Shown in pieces: positions 37,540 through 47,246 of a stretch of DNA of 49,945 nt. This stretch comes from a virus: the IMG/VR virus record IMGVR_UViG_3300032213_002402. The stretch is one strand, 5' to 3'. The position numbers and the translations under genes were made by a program. Within the stretch, counting starts at the first letter, position 1. Every line of letters starts with the position of its first letter. The notes beneath the pieces are model-generated. The model saw only the letters and a program-made list of their open reading frames with translations, did not search any database and was not told where the DNA came from.

Positions 37540-37872
37540 TTAAACAAACTCATTTTCAACCTCTATTAATTCTTTTTGCTTTTTACGTTGACGTTGTAGT
37601 CTACGAGCAGTATGGAAAGATGTATATCTTGGTAGTTTATAACCAGCTTTAAATCTGTCTTCTTCATTCTCTCCGCCCCAAATACCAAACTCTGAATTAG
37701 CTCTGCCGTAGTTTCGGCATTCTTCTAATACAGGACATTTAACACAAAGAGTTTTAGCTCTAGCTTCACGTTTGTCCCTAGCGGTAGGACGTTCATTATC
37801 ATTTGGATAAAAAAGATGAGCCATGCCTTTACACATAGCATCTTTAGACCAGGCAAATGAAGATCCGTGCAT
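37540..37872 (-). CDS. WhiB-family transcriptional regulator (second copy)
   Basis: DAMCKGMAHLFYPND...AKTLCVKCPVLEECRNYGRANSEFGIWGGENEEDR. Confidence 0.94.
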   Translation of the reverse strand: MHGSSFAWSKDAMCKGMAHLFYPNDNERPTARDKREARAKTLCVKCPVLEECRNYGRANSEFGIWGGENEEDRFKAGYKLPRYTSFHTARRLQRQRKKQKELIEVENEFV

Positions 37873-38022
37873 GTATATATCCTATTCTGCGTATGAAAAT
37901 CTTGCGGATTTAAACTCAATAAGGGAAACAACAATTGATGCAACTGCTGCTATTATAGCTGCAATAACTACTGCTACGTCCATAACTTCTCCATCTAGTA
38001 TCTGTCGGTGCTGTTTTATATA

Positions 38023-38262
38023 TTACCAAAGAGACTTTACAAAAGTCTCAGTTTCTTGTAAGAGTTTATCTTTATGAAATGGATCATGCAAAGTTCCACG
38101 AATAGCTTCAGCTATATCACTACGAACAGAAGATAAAACATTAAAATAAGATTGTCCATAACGCCAAACTTTGCTTTGGGCAGTGTGAATTTTATCAACC
38201 TTTTCTAAAAATTGCTCATATGTAATATGATCTTTCACAACTGTCCTTCGTTTAGTGCCCAA
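38023..38262 (-). CDS. Unknown small protein
   Basis: 79 aa ORF directly upstream of a tRNA. Confidence 0.55.
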   Translation of the reverse strand: MGTKRRTVVKDHITYEQFLEKVDKIHTAQSKVWRYGQSYFNVLSSVRSDIAEAIRGTLHDPFHKDKLLQETETFVKSLW

Positions 38263-38341
38263 GACGGGAATCGAACCCGTACGCCATTTTCATAGCGAGG
38301 GGGTTTAAGCCCCTTGCGTCTACCTATTCCGCCACCTGGGC
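38256..38341 (-). tRNA. tRNA-Leu(TAA)
   Basis: GCCCAGG/CTTGGGC, AGGGG-CTTAAAC-CCCCT, long variable arm, ACGGG-TTCGATT-CCCGT. Confidence 0.95.
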
Positions 38342-38347
38342 TCATAT

Positions 38348-38587
38348 CTAAATAAGTCCAGCTGGTTCTAATTTAACGTCTTCGGTAGAACCGGTAACGT
38401 TCATTAGCCTAACAAGCTTATCTGCCCATCGAGCTAACTTGTCAATTTCATTAATGTCCATACTAAGACCTGTAATTTTTGCAGGATCCGTATGATAAGC
38501 ATTAACTAAATCGTTTAATAAATCTCTCGTATTACTTAAACTAACAGCATCTGAGCTATTGCTGTTAAGAAGTACTGAATATGACAT
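38348..38587 (-). CDS. Unknown small protein
   Basis: 79 aa ORF. Confidence 0.6.
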   Translation of the reverse strand: MSYSVLLNSNSSDAVSLSNTRDLLNDLVNAYHTDPAKITGLSMDINEIDKLARWADKLVRLMNVTGSTEDVKLEPAGLI

Positions 38588-38628
38588 GATATGTCTCCGT
38601 ATTTATATAGGTATTCTGTTGCTTTGTA

Positions 38629-38886
38629 TTAAGCTGGTCTAACATTTACACGAGCATTATGATCGTATCTAATTGTAAACTGATGCGCATTTGCATCTAC
38701 GACTGTAACGTAATACATCTCATCGTGAAAAGAATGTTCTAGTACTGTTAATAGATCAACCGTATTACGGTCACCAAGATACAAGTTGTCTCCAACTTTA
38801 ACATTGTTTATAGCAAGGCTCATACCGTAATAGTTCTGTGGCATATGGGGTTGATCAATAATTTTATCTATTACTTTAACTGACAT
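38629..38886 (-). CDS. Unknown small beta-rich protein
   Basis: 85 aa ORF. Confidence 0.6.
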   Translation of the reverse strand: MSVKVIDKIIDQPHMPQNYYGMSLAINNVKVGDNLYLGDRNTVDLLTVLEHSFHDEMYYVTVVDANAHQFTIRYDHNARVNVRPA

Positions 38887-38894
38887 AATTTTCC

Positions 38895-39146
38895 TTAATG
38901 GTTAAATTGGAGAGAACTTTCTTGAAGAAAGGAATCTCGTTGATGGGCATAACAAACACCAGAGTTGTTATAACGGTTTAATTTTGTTTGGCAGGTTTTA
39001 TAGCTGCACAAAGACTTATCTTTAGAAGCCTTATGATTATCTAGTTTAGCACGTTCAGCCTTTAAGCGTTCTCTATGACGCCGGCTAGCCTCAATGTTTT
39101 TAAGTCTAGTTTCAGGACTTATTTTTCTTGGGGTTTTTCTTGGCAT
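38895..39146 (-). CDS. Small basic protein with Cys/His pattern
   Basis: RRHRERLKAERAKL...CSYKTCQTKL...CYAH. Confidence 0.6.
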   Translation of the reverse strand: MPRKTPRKISPETRLKNIEASRRHRERLKAERAKLDNHKASKDKSLCSYKTCQTKLNRYNNSGVCYAHQRDSFLQESSLQFNH

Positions 39147-39304
39147 GTTGACTCCGCTAAATAGAAAACAATATAAGTATAAACATTAAAACAAATGTTC
39201 CAATAATGGGTAAGATAATCATAACTCTCTAATCAAATAATATAGTGAACGCAAATAAGAAGCTAATAAAAGAAACTAATCCTAATACAGCAAGTATAAA
39301 CACG

Positions 39305-39583
39305 TTAGGCTCCTGAATTCAGATAGTAACCACACCATAATAGATCACTACGATATTGCTTAGATGGTCCATTGGATCTAGCAAATGAAGTGAATGTACT
39401 AAAGTTTTTTAAAGTAGCATTAACAAAACAATCACATCCATGACTATCTGGAAGCTCTCCCATTTCCTCAACACAGAATGCATAGCGAATGCCATCTATT
39501 CTTTTTTGTGACCATGGTTCACCAGTAATAGAACATGCTGCTAAGATTAAAGCTAACACTGGTATTAAAATATATTTTTTCAT
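39305..39583 (-). CDS. Small lipoprotein
   Basis: MKKYILIPVLALILAACSITG lipobox. Confidence 0.75.
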   Translation of the reverse strand: MKKYILIPVLALILAACSITGEPWSQKRIDGIRYAFCVEEMGELPDSHGCDCFVNATLKNFSTFTSFARSNGPSKQYRSDLLWCGYYLNSGA

Positions 39584-39777
39584 TTACTTTCTTTCATTAA
39601 ATCCCAAAATTCAGGTTCAAGATCTAGTTCAATGTATTCGTTCATACCTTCCCAAAGGTAAGCGCCAAAATGATTACTTCCACCACGAAGTGTTAAGTAT
39701 ATTGACAGAAAAATACCATGATAAGATAAACGATTAATTTTATATAAACGAATATAATGTATAAGTTTGTTTTTCAT
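39580..39777 (-). CDS. Small unknown protein
   Basis: 65 aa ORF with ATGA-type overlap. Confidence 0.5.
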   Translation of the reverse strand: MKNKLIHYIRLYKINRLSYHGIFLSIYLTLRGGSNHFGAYLWEGMNEYIELDLEPEFWDLMKESK

Positions 39778-39783
39778 AAAGTC

Positions 39784-39954
39784 CTAAAAGCAAGTGTCAC
39801 AAGTACAATGGTTATGATGCCCTGATTGGCACCTAGGAGACGCTGTGTGAGGCGGAAAGAAGCCAGTAGGCTTATCATACTCTAGGTCACAATAAGTGCA
39901 TTCACCTTTGGGCATTTGTTTAATATAAGGTTGTTGTTCTGATTCTGTTTTCAT
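39784..39954 (-). CDS. Small zinc-binding-like protein
   Basis: Start at MKTESEQQPY; CTYCDLEYDKPTGFFPPHTASPRCQSGHHNHCTCDTC. Confidence 0.55.
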   Translation of the reverse strand: MKTESEQQPYIKQMPKGECTYCDLEYDKPTGFFPPHTASPRCQSGHHNHCTCDTCF

Positions 39955-39956
39955 AG

Positions 39957-40029
<73 letters not shown>

Positions 40030-40034
40030 TAAAA

Positions 40035-40574
40035 TTAATCATTATAATTAGGCAACAAATCTATAGCAAAGTCTAATGCTGCTTCATATCCATCCCAATA
40101 ATAAGTGTTTTCAGCATCGCTAGCATCTTCTGCTGCAACTCTAAGTTCTTGAGCTTTGCCTGCTTTTCTAGATAATAAAATTGCATAATCATGTATGTTA
40201 TCAAAAGATTTTTGAGCACTGGTATTAGGAATCATTCTGTCACGAACTACTTCATATAATCCAGTTCTAATATCTTCGTAAACATCTGAAGCAATGTCAG
40301 CATCACCTAAGCTTATTGCAAGAGCAGTAGCTGTTTCTCTCCAGTCATCAGCAATCTTTTTCCAACGTTGAATTTCAGCTTCTAAATCTTTAATTTCATT
40401 AAATGATTCTTTATTTGTTACAAGGATTTTAGTTTTGTCCATGATATTATCCAATACTTCCGCGGCTTCTGATCCGCATTTTCCCGTTCCTTCGTATGAA
40501 CATTGAGACTTCCAAGGTGTTATGTTATAAACATCGCACCAAGGAACTCCACATGGTAATACTTCTTCATTCAT
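40035..40574 (-). CDS. Unknown protein with C-terminal YWDGYxxAL motif
   Basis: 179 aa ORF; C-terminus ENTYYWDGYEAALDFAIDLLPNYND. Confidence 0.65.
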   Translation of the reverse strand: MNEEVLPCGVPWCDVYNITPWKSQCSYEGTGKCGSEAAEVLDNIMDKTKILVTNKESFNEIKDLEAEIQRWKKIADDWRETATALAISLGDADIASDVYEDIRTGLYEVVRDRMIPNTSAQKSFDNIHDYAILLSRKAGKAQELRVAAEDASDAENTYYWDGYEAALDFAIDLLPNYND

Positions 40575-40649
40575 GATAAGACCTATCTATTTTAGAGATA
40601 CTACCGTATGGTAGGTTCACTTAACAAGATGGTGTGATACTATATCAGC

Positions 40650-40814
40650 ATGATAATCACACTAATAATTTTAATTGCAATAGCAACAGTAGTTCATAAA
40701 CTTGTTATGAGCGCAGTAAATAATTACAGTTACGACAATATAGTAGAACGATACGAAAATCGTAACAACCATATGTATTGGGACGTAATCAAACAACAAA
40801 GCAATATAAACTAG
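40650..40814 (+). CDS. Small single-TM protein (54 aa), opposite strand to its surroundings
   Basis: MIITLIILIAIATVVHKLVMSAVNNYSYDNIVERYENRNNHMYWDVIKQQSNIN*. Confidence 0.5.
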   Translation: MIITLIILIAIATVVHKLVMSAVNNYSYDNIVERYENRNNHMYWDVIKQQSNIN

Positions 40815-41032
40815 TTGTAGTGCCAGTTATCAAAGGTAACTTTGACTGGCCTCATCCAAGGATTATGCTCCTTATACAAGTAATGCATAGCTTGTTTATA
40901 TCTTATTAAAGCAGTAATAGTATCTACCTTACGAAGATCATCGTAATATTTATAAAGTAATTTACTACGATCTTCTATAGGTGGATGTTGTACGCTTCTA
41001 AGAAGTTTTTTGTCATACTTTTTGTTCTTCAT
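40811..41032 (-). CDS. Unknown small protein
   Basis: 73 aa ORF. Confidence 0.6.
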   Translation of the reverse strand: MKNKKYDKKLLRSVQHPPIEDRSKLLYKYYDDLRKVDTITALIRYKQAMHYLYKEHNPWMRPVKVTFDNWHYN

Positions 41033-41144
41033 TTTCTACCTCATCATCTGGTAAAACATGAACTATAGATTCTAAAGCGCTTATGTAACCATCCCAATAA
41101 CGACTATTTAAAATGTCATTTTCTAACACTTCAGATCGTCTCAT
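41013..41144 (-). CDS. Small protein with YWDGYxxAL motif
   Basis: MRRSEVLENDILNSRYWDGYISALESIVHVLPDDEVENEEQKV*. Confidence 0.5.
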   Translation of the reverse strand: MRRSEVLENDILNSRYWDGYISALESIVHVLPDDEVENEEQKV

Positions 41145-41178
41145 TTTGGCATGTTGAATATTGCGGATAACTAACGAC

Positions 41179-41526
41179 TTAAGCAATCTCATTAGAAGAT
41201 TCTTTTGCTTTAAAATAACCCTCAAGAGATGAGTAAACAGCTTGCCAATCAGGATCAATGTTAGCTGTAAATGTTTCAATTTCTAACATCATCTTATCTT
41301 TTAAACCAAGCTGAGAAAGCTCATAAAACATATTATAAAACTCAGGATCGTTAACGCCAAACAAGTGATCTCGTGTAGTTAACGGATTCTTAATACGAAT
41401 ATTCTGAGCTTTATACATAGGAGTAAGAATATTGTAGTGAGAAGTCATTGCTGATTGAACAGCAATTTCATCTGGAGTACGTGTATCTTTAACTGCTATC
41501 TTATTCTGCTTTTTTAATGGGGGCAT
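41179..41526 (-). CDS. Unknown protein
   Basis: 115 aa ORF. Confidence 0.55.
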   Translation of the reverse strand: MPPLKKQNKIAVKDTRTPDEIAVQSAMTSHYNILTPMYKAQNIRIKNPLTTRDHLFGVNDPEFYNMFYELSQLGLKDKMMLEIETFTANIDPDWQAVYSSLEGYFKAKESSNEIA

Positions 41527-41549
41527 AGTAGAGTCTCCTACTCAATTGG

Positions 41550-42338
41550 TTATTTTATTTTTGTTAAAACTTTCTTTGCTTTGTTACTTTTGATGACCTT
41601 ATGTTTAGTTACTTTAGGCTTACTAATAGGACTAATCAATTTTTCAGCAGGAAGTGGGTTTACAAATGCCGAAGCGACGTTCACGCTTTCAACAACTGTT
41701 GTCGTCGTTGTTGTGGGATTTGTATATGGTTGTGTATTATACACTACTGGCTGTGGCTGCGATTGTACTGGCACTGGTTGGGTTGTTTGCGGTGATTGAA
41801 ATACCTGTGCTGGTGCTACGACTTGTGGCAATGTTGTTGTAGGTGCCACTGTAGTTGTAGTAGTAACTTCTTCTACTTGAGTTGTTCCATCACAAGCAAT
41901 AGCGCAATCGCCATTAGTAGTTACTGGATTGCTAGGTACATTAAAGTAGTTTTTAATAGTATCCAATCCAGTAGATGCGTTAAATTGCTGATTGGTCCAA
42001 ACTGCAATAATAATAGAAGGCCGATAGCCATTGCCTCCGGAGCCAATACTAAAGCCAATACCAGGATTTGATTCCATGTTTTGAGCATTACCTAGTATAG
42101 CACCAATAGCAGCATGGCCACCATTACCATAGCCTATAAGTTGTTCATATGCAGCAGTACCAATATCGGTATCGCTTATCTCAATAAGAATAGGCTCTTG
42201 GTTATCGGCTAAAGCTTTATCCGCAAAGTAAATAGAACCAGCAAATGTTAAAGTTAATACAAAGCTAGTAACAATTAATTTAGTTCTTTTTTTCATTTTA
42301 GTTTTCCTAACATAAATTGATCGATTGGTATAGGCCAA
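41550..42338 (-). CDS. Secreted protein with Thr/Pro-rich linkers
   Basis: Signal peptide MKKRTKLIVTSFVLTLTFAGSIYFADKALA (internal start); TTTTTVAPTTTLP and NPTTTTTTVVES linkers. Confidence 0.7.
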   Translation of the reverse strand: MAYTNRSIYVRKTKMKKRTKLIVTSFVLTLTFAGSIYFADKALADNQEPILIEISDTDIGTAAYEQLIGYGNGGHAAIGAILGNAQNMESNPGIGFSIGSGGNGYRPSIIIAVWTNQQFNASTGLDTIKNYFNVPSNPVTTNGDCAIACDGTTQVEEVTTTTTVAPTTTLPQVVAPAQVFQSPQTTQPVPVQSQPQPVVYNTQPYTNPTTTTTTVVESVNVASAFVNPLPAEKLISPISKPKVTKHKVIKSNKAKKVLTKIK

Positions 42339-42508
42339 GTATCTTTGGGTTGAAGTTCACCACCAAAGAATTGTTTAACAGCTTCATCATATCCGCAGAA
42401 TGAACACACTTCTGTTTCATTATCTGCTCTTGACATAGCTCCAGGATATGCACCTGGCGCATCATTAGTTGGTATTAAATTTAAATTACAACGTGGACAA
42501 AGCATCAA
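42293..42508 (-). CDS. Small zinc-finger protein
   Basis: MLCPRCNLNLIP...CSFCGYDEAV. Confidence 0.65.
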   Translation of the reverse strand: MMLCPRCNLNLIPTNDAPGAYPGAMSRADNETEVCSFCGYDEAVKQFFGGELQPKDTWPIPIDQFMLGKLK

Positions 42509-42511
42509 AAA

Positions 42512-44191
42512 TTACCACCTTTTATTCTGTTTAATTTTATTCTCAAGCCAAGCAGGTCTTTTGTTTTCTGGCTTTTCCATCCACTTAGAAATAATTTGAC
42601 TAGCCATTCCTTTAGTCATTGTATTGGTGATGGGAACACCAATTCTCTTAAGCAGTTTTTGTTGCTTGTCAGTTGGAGCATCAGCTCGCCATACTGCTTT
42701 AGAATCTAACAACGGCATAGCTAATGCTCTGTTTTCTTGAACCCATTTATCGGTACCCGCAAAAGCAGTGCGCATATCTTTACCGCGACCAAGTACATTA
42801 ACATTAACTTTATCTCCTGAGCGCATACGCAACTCAGTAGTCCATCTACCTAGAGCATCACAATAAAGATGCAATGATTCAAAACTATTAATATTTATAT
42901 AGAATTCATCCTCTGCTACTTCAGACCATACAAGAGTAGAGTGTTCAAGCACAGCTGGGTTTGGTGCAGGCGGCATAAACAAATCAATTCTTTTGTATGC
43001 ATTTGTGATGTCTTCCATATTAAGAACATGAATAGCTTCACCAGGAGCAGTCTCTTTGAGCTTTTCAAATTCATCAGCTATATCAGTGAGAGACTGTCCT
43101 TCTAAATCAAATTGAGCAGGCATGCCTAGTAGAGTAGGTAAACCCATAGGCTTTTTACCTTTAGCTGTATCAGCAATATCAATGATCATGCAATGAGGTT
43201 TACCTTCGTAAAGCCTAGTGCCACGACCTACAATCTGAGTATATAGAAGTGATGATCTAGTAGGCTTAGCCAAAATAATAGCTTGAATACTTGGCTCATC
43301 AAAACCTTCTGTTAATACACCTACATTAACGAGGACTCGTACCGCGCCAGATTTGAAGTCCGACAGTATTTGTTGGCGTTCCTCGTCTTCGGTCGTACCT
43401 ATAATTACTCGTACCGAGGTCCCGTTTTTTCTAAAGGATTCTTCGAGGTGTCTGGCGTGATCGACCCCAGCGGCGAAAACAACGGTTTTCTTATCCATCG
43501 CCAAATCATTATAGGCAGTGACAATACTGTTATTACGAGAAGGATTATCGACAGCTTCAATGAGCTGGTCTTGTTTGTATTCGCCATTTTGAATCTCCAC
43601 ATCTGATATATCGGTTGAAGTTTTAACTCTGTATCCAACTAAAGGGCTGAGCCAGCCTTCTTTAATTAAATCTTGTATTGACTTATAGTATACTATCTCC
43701 TGAAAGACATCAGTAAGTCTAACAGAATCTGAACGCTGAGGCGTTGCTGTAACACCTAATAAAAAATTAGGTCTAAAATAATCTAAAATCCTTCTATATG
43801 TAGGAGCGGCAGCATGATGTGCCTCATCAACTACAATGGTTTTAAAATAACCTTGAGGATATTTTTCTATTCTAGAAGAGTTGTCTCTACCCAATGTAGG
43901 CACAGAAGCTATAACAACATCAACGTACCCTGCTTTATTATCAGCTTGCTCTATGCCCACAGAAAGCTTTGGATTAATAGCTACAATCTTATCTCTAGCT
44001 TGAGTAAGTAGTTCTGATCTATGAGCTAGAACTAACATAGGTAAAGAGTCTTGACGCATTAATGGAAGCTGTGCAAATAGTACTGTTTTACCGGCTCCAG
44101 TTGGGAGCACTACAAGTTGTTTAAATATTCCATTAGCTTCTGCTGAAAGCATAGCTTCTAGAGCTTCTTGTTGGTAAGGTCTTAGTTGCAC
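42512..44191 (-). CDS. DEAD/DEAH superfamily 2 helicase
   Basis: QLRPYQQEAL, VLPTGAGKTVLF, VDEAHH, LLGVTATPQR, QIVGRGTRLYEGK. Confidence 0.95.
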   Translation of the reverse strand: MQLRPYQQEALEAMLSAEANGIFKQLVVLPTGAGKTVLFAQLPLMRQDSLPMLVLAHRSELLTQARDKIVAINPKLSVGIEQADNKAGYVDVVIASVPTLGRDNSSRIEKYPQGYFKTIVVDEAHHAAAPTYRRILDYFRPNFLLGVTATPQRSDSVRLTDVFQEIVYYKSIQDLIKEGWLSPLVGYRVKTSTDISDVEIQNGEYKQDQLIEAVDNPSRNNSIVTAYNDLAMDKKTVVFAAGVDHARHLEESFRKNGTSVRVIIGTTEDEERQQILSDFKSGAVRVLVNVGVLTEGFDEPSIQAIILAKPTRSSLLYTQIVGRGTRLYEGKPHCMIIDIADTAKGKKPMGLPTLLGMPAQFDLEGQSLTDIADEFEKLKETAPGEAIHVLNMEDITNAYKRIDLFMPPAPNPAVLEHSTLVWSEVAEDEFYININSFESLHLYCDALGRWTTELRMRSGDKVNVNVLGRGKDMRTAFAGTDKWVQENRALAMPLLDSKAVWRADAPTDKQQKLLKRIGVPITNTMTKGMASQIISKWMEKPENKRPAWLENKIKQNKRW

Positions 44192-44200
44192 TGTTGTCCT

Positions 44201-44419
44201 TTAGTAGTCGCCAGAATCCCAATAAGAGTCTTCTTGTCTCATATAGGAATCTAATTTAGTGTAAGGATCTTCATGGGAAACAATAACATTCTTTAAAATA
44301 GTTTTGTCTTCCATCAAGCAAATGTAAGATTTAGTACCTTTACATTTTGCACACATTTCATGATTGAGTGTATCACAATTTACTGTTGGGTTTTTAGATT
44401 GTTCCTTTAACTTATTCAT
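44201..44419 (-). CDS. Small protein with CxxC
   Basis: 72 aa, CDTLNHEMCAKCKGTKSYICLME. Confidence 0.6.
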   Translation of the reverse strand: MNKLKEQSKNPTVNCDTLNHEMCAKCKGTKSYICLMEDKTILKNVIVSHEDPYTKLDSYMRQEDSYWDSGDY

Positions 44420-45051
44420 AAATTTACCTTAATAGAATTTAGTTTAGATGAATCAGGCAAGATGTATTGAAACTTTTTATACGATAAATAATTTAACAAT
44501 TGGGGGATTGTAAATAATGCACCATCGAGATGGCTCATTGTATAAAAGAGTTCAACCATTTCTCCCTGAAATGTTTTAGTTGGATCATCTTCTGTCAAAT
44601 TAGAAAGTGTAAAGTCTTTTTCAGACCATAGCACTTGATTGTCTACAATGCGATAAGGCAGTGTTAACAATCCAGAAGAATCAGAAGATACGAAAGAGAG
44701 GCTTAACGCATCTGTCGCATCTTGTTTCTTTGAATGTGGATTATCCTGCTGATATGTAGAGATACGCACATCGTTAGCGAAAATAAAGCTATGAGCATTA
44801 GCTGCAGAATAATACTGTAGCATTTCAGCATACGCTTTATACATATCATCTTTATCTTCAAATGGACGACATTGAATTGAAATTGCAATTTCGTTTGTGG
44901 TTTTAAAGATAGTAAGCATAGGAATAAAACTATCAGAACCATTTTGTAAAACAGCTTGTTCAAAAGTAGAAACAAATGCATTAATGTGATCTACTGGATG
45001 ATCTACAAATTGATTAAGATCAGTAAGATCTATTTGAGAAAGATTTATCAT
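44416..45051 (-). CDS. Unknown protein
   Basis: 211 aa ORF, 4 nt overlap. Confidence 0.7.
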   Translation of the reverse strand: MINLSQIDLTDLNQFVDHPVDHINAFVSTFEQAVLQNGSDSFIPMLTIFKTTNEIAISIQCRPFEDKDDMYKAYAEMLQYYSAANAHSFIFANDVRISTYQQDNPHSKKQDATDALSLSFVSSDSSGLLTLPYRIVDNQVLWSEKDFTLSNLTEDDPTKTFQGEMVELFYTMSHLDGALFTIPQLLNYLSYKKFQYILPDSSKLNSIKVNL

Positions 45052-45053
45052 AA

Positions 45054-45320
45054 TTATCCTTTAGTTAATTCACCAACTGTACCGAGTACAGCATAGGTGT
45101 GATATGCCATTAAGAAAATGGCAACGGATGCAAGAGCATATTGAGCTAACATTAAAAATGCTACAACAGTAAAGATATTTACTACTGTTTCAACTCCCCA
45201 ATAGGATACAAGAGATAGTATCTTTGTTTCCCTTCTATTGAGGTATTCTTTAAAGGAGCTAAATGAGAAATTAATTTCGGGCTTTGATTGGCTAAACAAA
45301 AAACTGTTTAGGGTTTTCAT
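45054..45320 (-). CDS. Small membrane protein
   Basis: 88 aa with TM segments. Confidence 0.6.
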   Translation of the reverse strand: MKTLNSFLFSQSKPEINFSFSSFKEYLNRRETKILSLVSYWGVETVVNIFTVVAFLMLAQYALASVAIFLMAYHTYAVLGTVGELTKG

Positions 45321-45753
45321 AGTTTATTTTTTCCTTTGGATAGACATTTCGTAAAGCATCAGCTAGATCTCCAGTACCAGTAGAATCTACTTGAGGTTCT
45401 TGATCTTCTAATTGTAAAATAGATATGATTTCTCTAGAGCTATCAACAATAGATACTAAGAATACTCTTGTTCGTTCTGGATGTTCAGATGGACGTATAT
45501 TGTCACTTTCTTTCTTATCATTAAATGGAACAGCCCAACCTTGAGTAGTGACTGCAATATAATCCCATATTAAACCAGAAGCATCATCAGAAAGTTTTTC
45601 TAAAACTTGATAGATGTCACGGCCTTTAAATATCTCAAGATGATTAATGATGTTTTCATTTTCATCTATATTAAGACCAAATGCATGAGCATCTTTAGTT
45701 TCTCCTGGATGAATTAGATGATAAACTTTTAAAGCGGTTTCTTCATTAATCAT
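45292..45753 (-). CDS. Unknown protein
   Basis: 153 aa ORF. Confidence 0.65.
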   Translation of the reverse strand: MINEETALKVYHLIHPGETKDAHAFGLNIDENENIINHLEIFKGRDIYQVLEKLSDDASGLIWDYIAVTTQGWAVPFNDKKESDNIRPSEHPERTRVFLVSIVDSSREIISILQLEDQEPQVDSTGTGDLADALRNVYPKEKINYENPKQFFV

Positions 45754-45785
45754 TAGATAAACCTTTCGTTAAATTAAAATATACC

Positions 45786-47246
45786 TCACACTTTGTATAC
45801 GGATATATACTGAGTAGAAGAACTAAATTCTCCAGTAGTCGATTTAAAATTTAATGAACATGAGGATATATTTTTATTAACTAAATTAAAACTAATTACA
45901 TGATTTGTTCCTAAAGAAACAGAAGTAAAAGTATAAACAGATCCATCGTTACAGGTAAGTTGATAATAATCTATTAAGCTTTTACCATAAGTAGGATCGG
46001 TGTAATTTAAATACAAAGATCCAGTTGAGTAAAGACTCAATGAATTTAATCTAGGTTTACCAACCATAGGTACATAAACTAATGTAGTACTTGTTGTAGA
46101 TACTGGAGGTATTGTAACAACAGGAGGATTAGTTACAACAGGAGATGGAACTGTTGTAGTAGTAGTTGTAGTAACAACTGGAGTATCTGGTGCACCACCA
46201 GCTACATCTGTAAAATCCAATCTACAAATAGATATTTTAGTAGGAGCATCATAAGCTTTAGGGCAATTGTGCTGTAGGTTTGTGACACGTTGTAAGACAC
46301 TCAGAGATGGCTTGTAAGAAGCATAAAGTGCAAAAGCACCAGCTACAAAAGGAGTACTCATAGAAGTACCAGAAGACTGTTTAAATGCTTGTCCTGGAAC
46401 AGAGGAATTAATTGCGTATCCTGGAGCAGCAAATGTTGTGAATGAAACAATGTTTGAAAAATCTGTAACATTATCATTAACAGTATACGTAGCAGCTACA
46501 CTGGTGACTCCAGATATACATGCTGGGTTAGACATGCCAAATGAAGATGAATTACCAGCAGCTGCAACTACAGCTACGTTATTATTAATTAAAGTATGAA
46601 TAATATCAGTAAGTTCAGGTGAAGTATCATCACATGTAGTAGTCCAAAGTCTTGTAGTACCAAGAGACATATTTACTGAAACAATATTATATCTAAGACG
46701 AACACTGTTGACATAATTTAATGCAGAAATAAGATTTTCTTCATAAGATGTATTGTCAGCTTCAAAAACATTAATGCCAAGGATAGTAGCACGTGGTGCT
46801 ACACCATGCATATCGTTATTAGAACCAGCAATAATGCCAGCAACATGAGTGCCGTGCCAATGAACAGGTCGAGCAGCTCCATCACCATACATTTCATTGC
46901 TACCATTAGGGCATGAATTGTTTGTAGTAAAGCATGCTTCTCCGGCTTTCCTGCCGGCCAAGAATGAATGACTAAAATCTACACCTGTATCTATAACAGC
47001 TACAGTATAACCTTGACCGGTGTATCCTTTATCAATTAAAGCATTAGTGTTTACCTTTGCAGTACCACCAACTAAAGAAGGTGTATACTTTTCATTAATG
47101 CGATATATAATTTCACCATTTTTAGTTTGTAATTTAAAACTACGATATGGCTTAGGGCTTGTATTCTTTGCATGAGCATAAGAAGGTACAAATAAAAGGG
47201 CTATAATAATAAATAAATTAGTTATCTTCTTCATCATCTTTTCCAA
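45786..47246 (-). CDS. Secreted subtilisin-like serine protease (S8)
   Basis: Signal peptide; VAVIDTGVDFSHS, HWHGTHVAGIIAG, SGTSMSTPFVAG; TTTTTTTVP linker and C-terminal domain. Confidence 0.95.
   Translation of the reverse strand: MEKMMKKITNLFIIIALLFVPSYAHAKNTSPKPYRSFKLQTKNGEIIYRINEKYTPSLVGGTAKVNTNALIDKGYTGQGYTVAVIDTGVDFSHSFLAGRKAGEACFTTNNSCPNGSNEMYGDGAARPVHWHGTHVAGIIAGSNNDMHGVAPRATILGINVFEADNTSYEENLISALNYVNSVRLRYNIVSVNMSLGTTRLWTTTCDDTSPELTDIIHTLINNNVAVVAAAGNSSSFGMSNPACISGVTSVAATYTVNDNVTDFSNIVSFTTFAAPGYAINSSVPGQAFKQSSGTSMSTPFVAGAFALYASYKPSLSVLQRVTNLQHNCPKAYDAPTKISICRLDFTDVAGGAPDTPVVTTTTTTTVPSPVVTNPPVVTIPPVSTTSTTLVYVPMVGKPRLNSLSLYSTGSLYLNYTDPTYGKSLIDYYQLTCNDGSVYTFTSVSLGTNHVISFNLVNKNISSCSLNFKSTTGEFSSSTQYISVYKV

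Noticed and set aside
41581-42071. Several plus-strand ORFs opposite the Thr/Pro-rich secreted protein
   Set aside because: Val/Cys-rich translations are the antisense reading of Thr/Pro codons.
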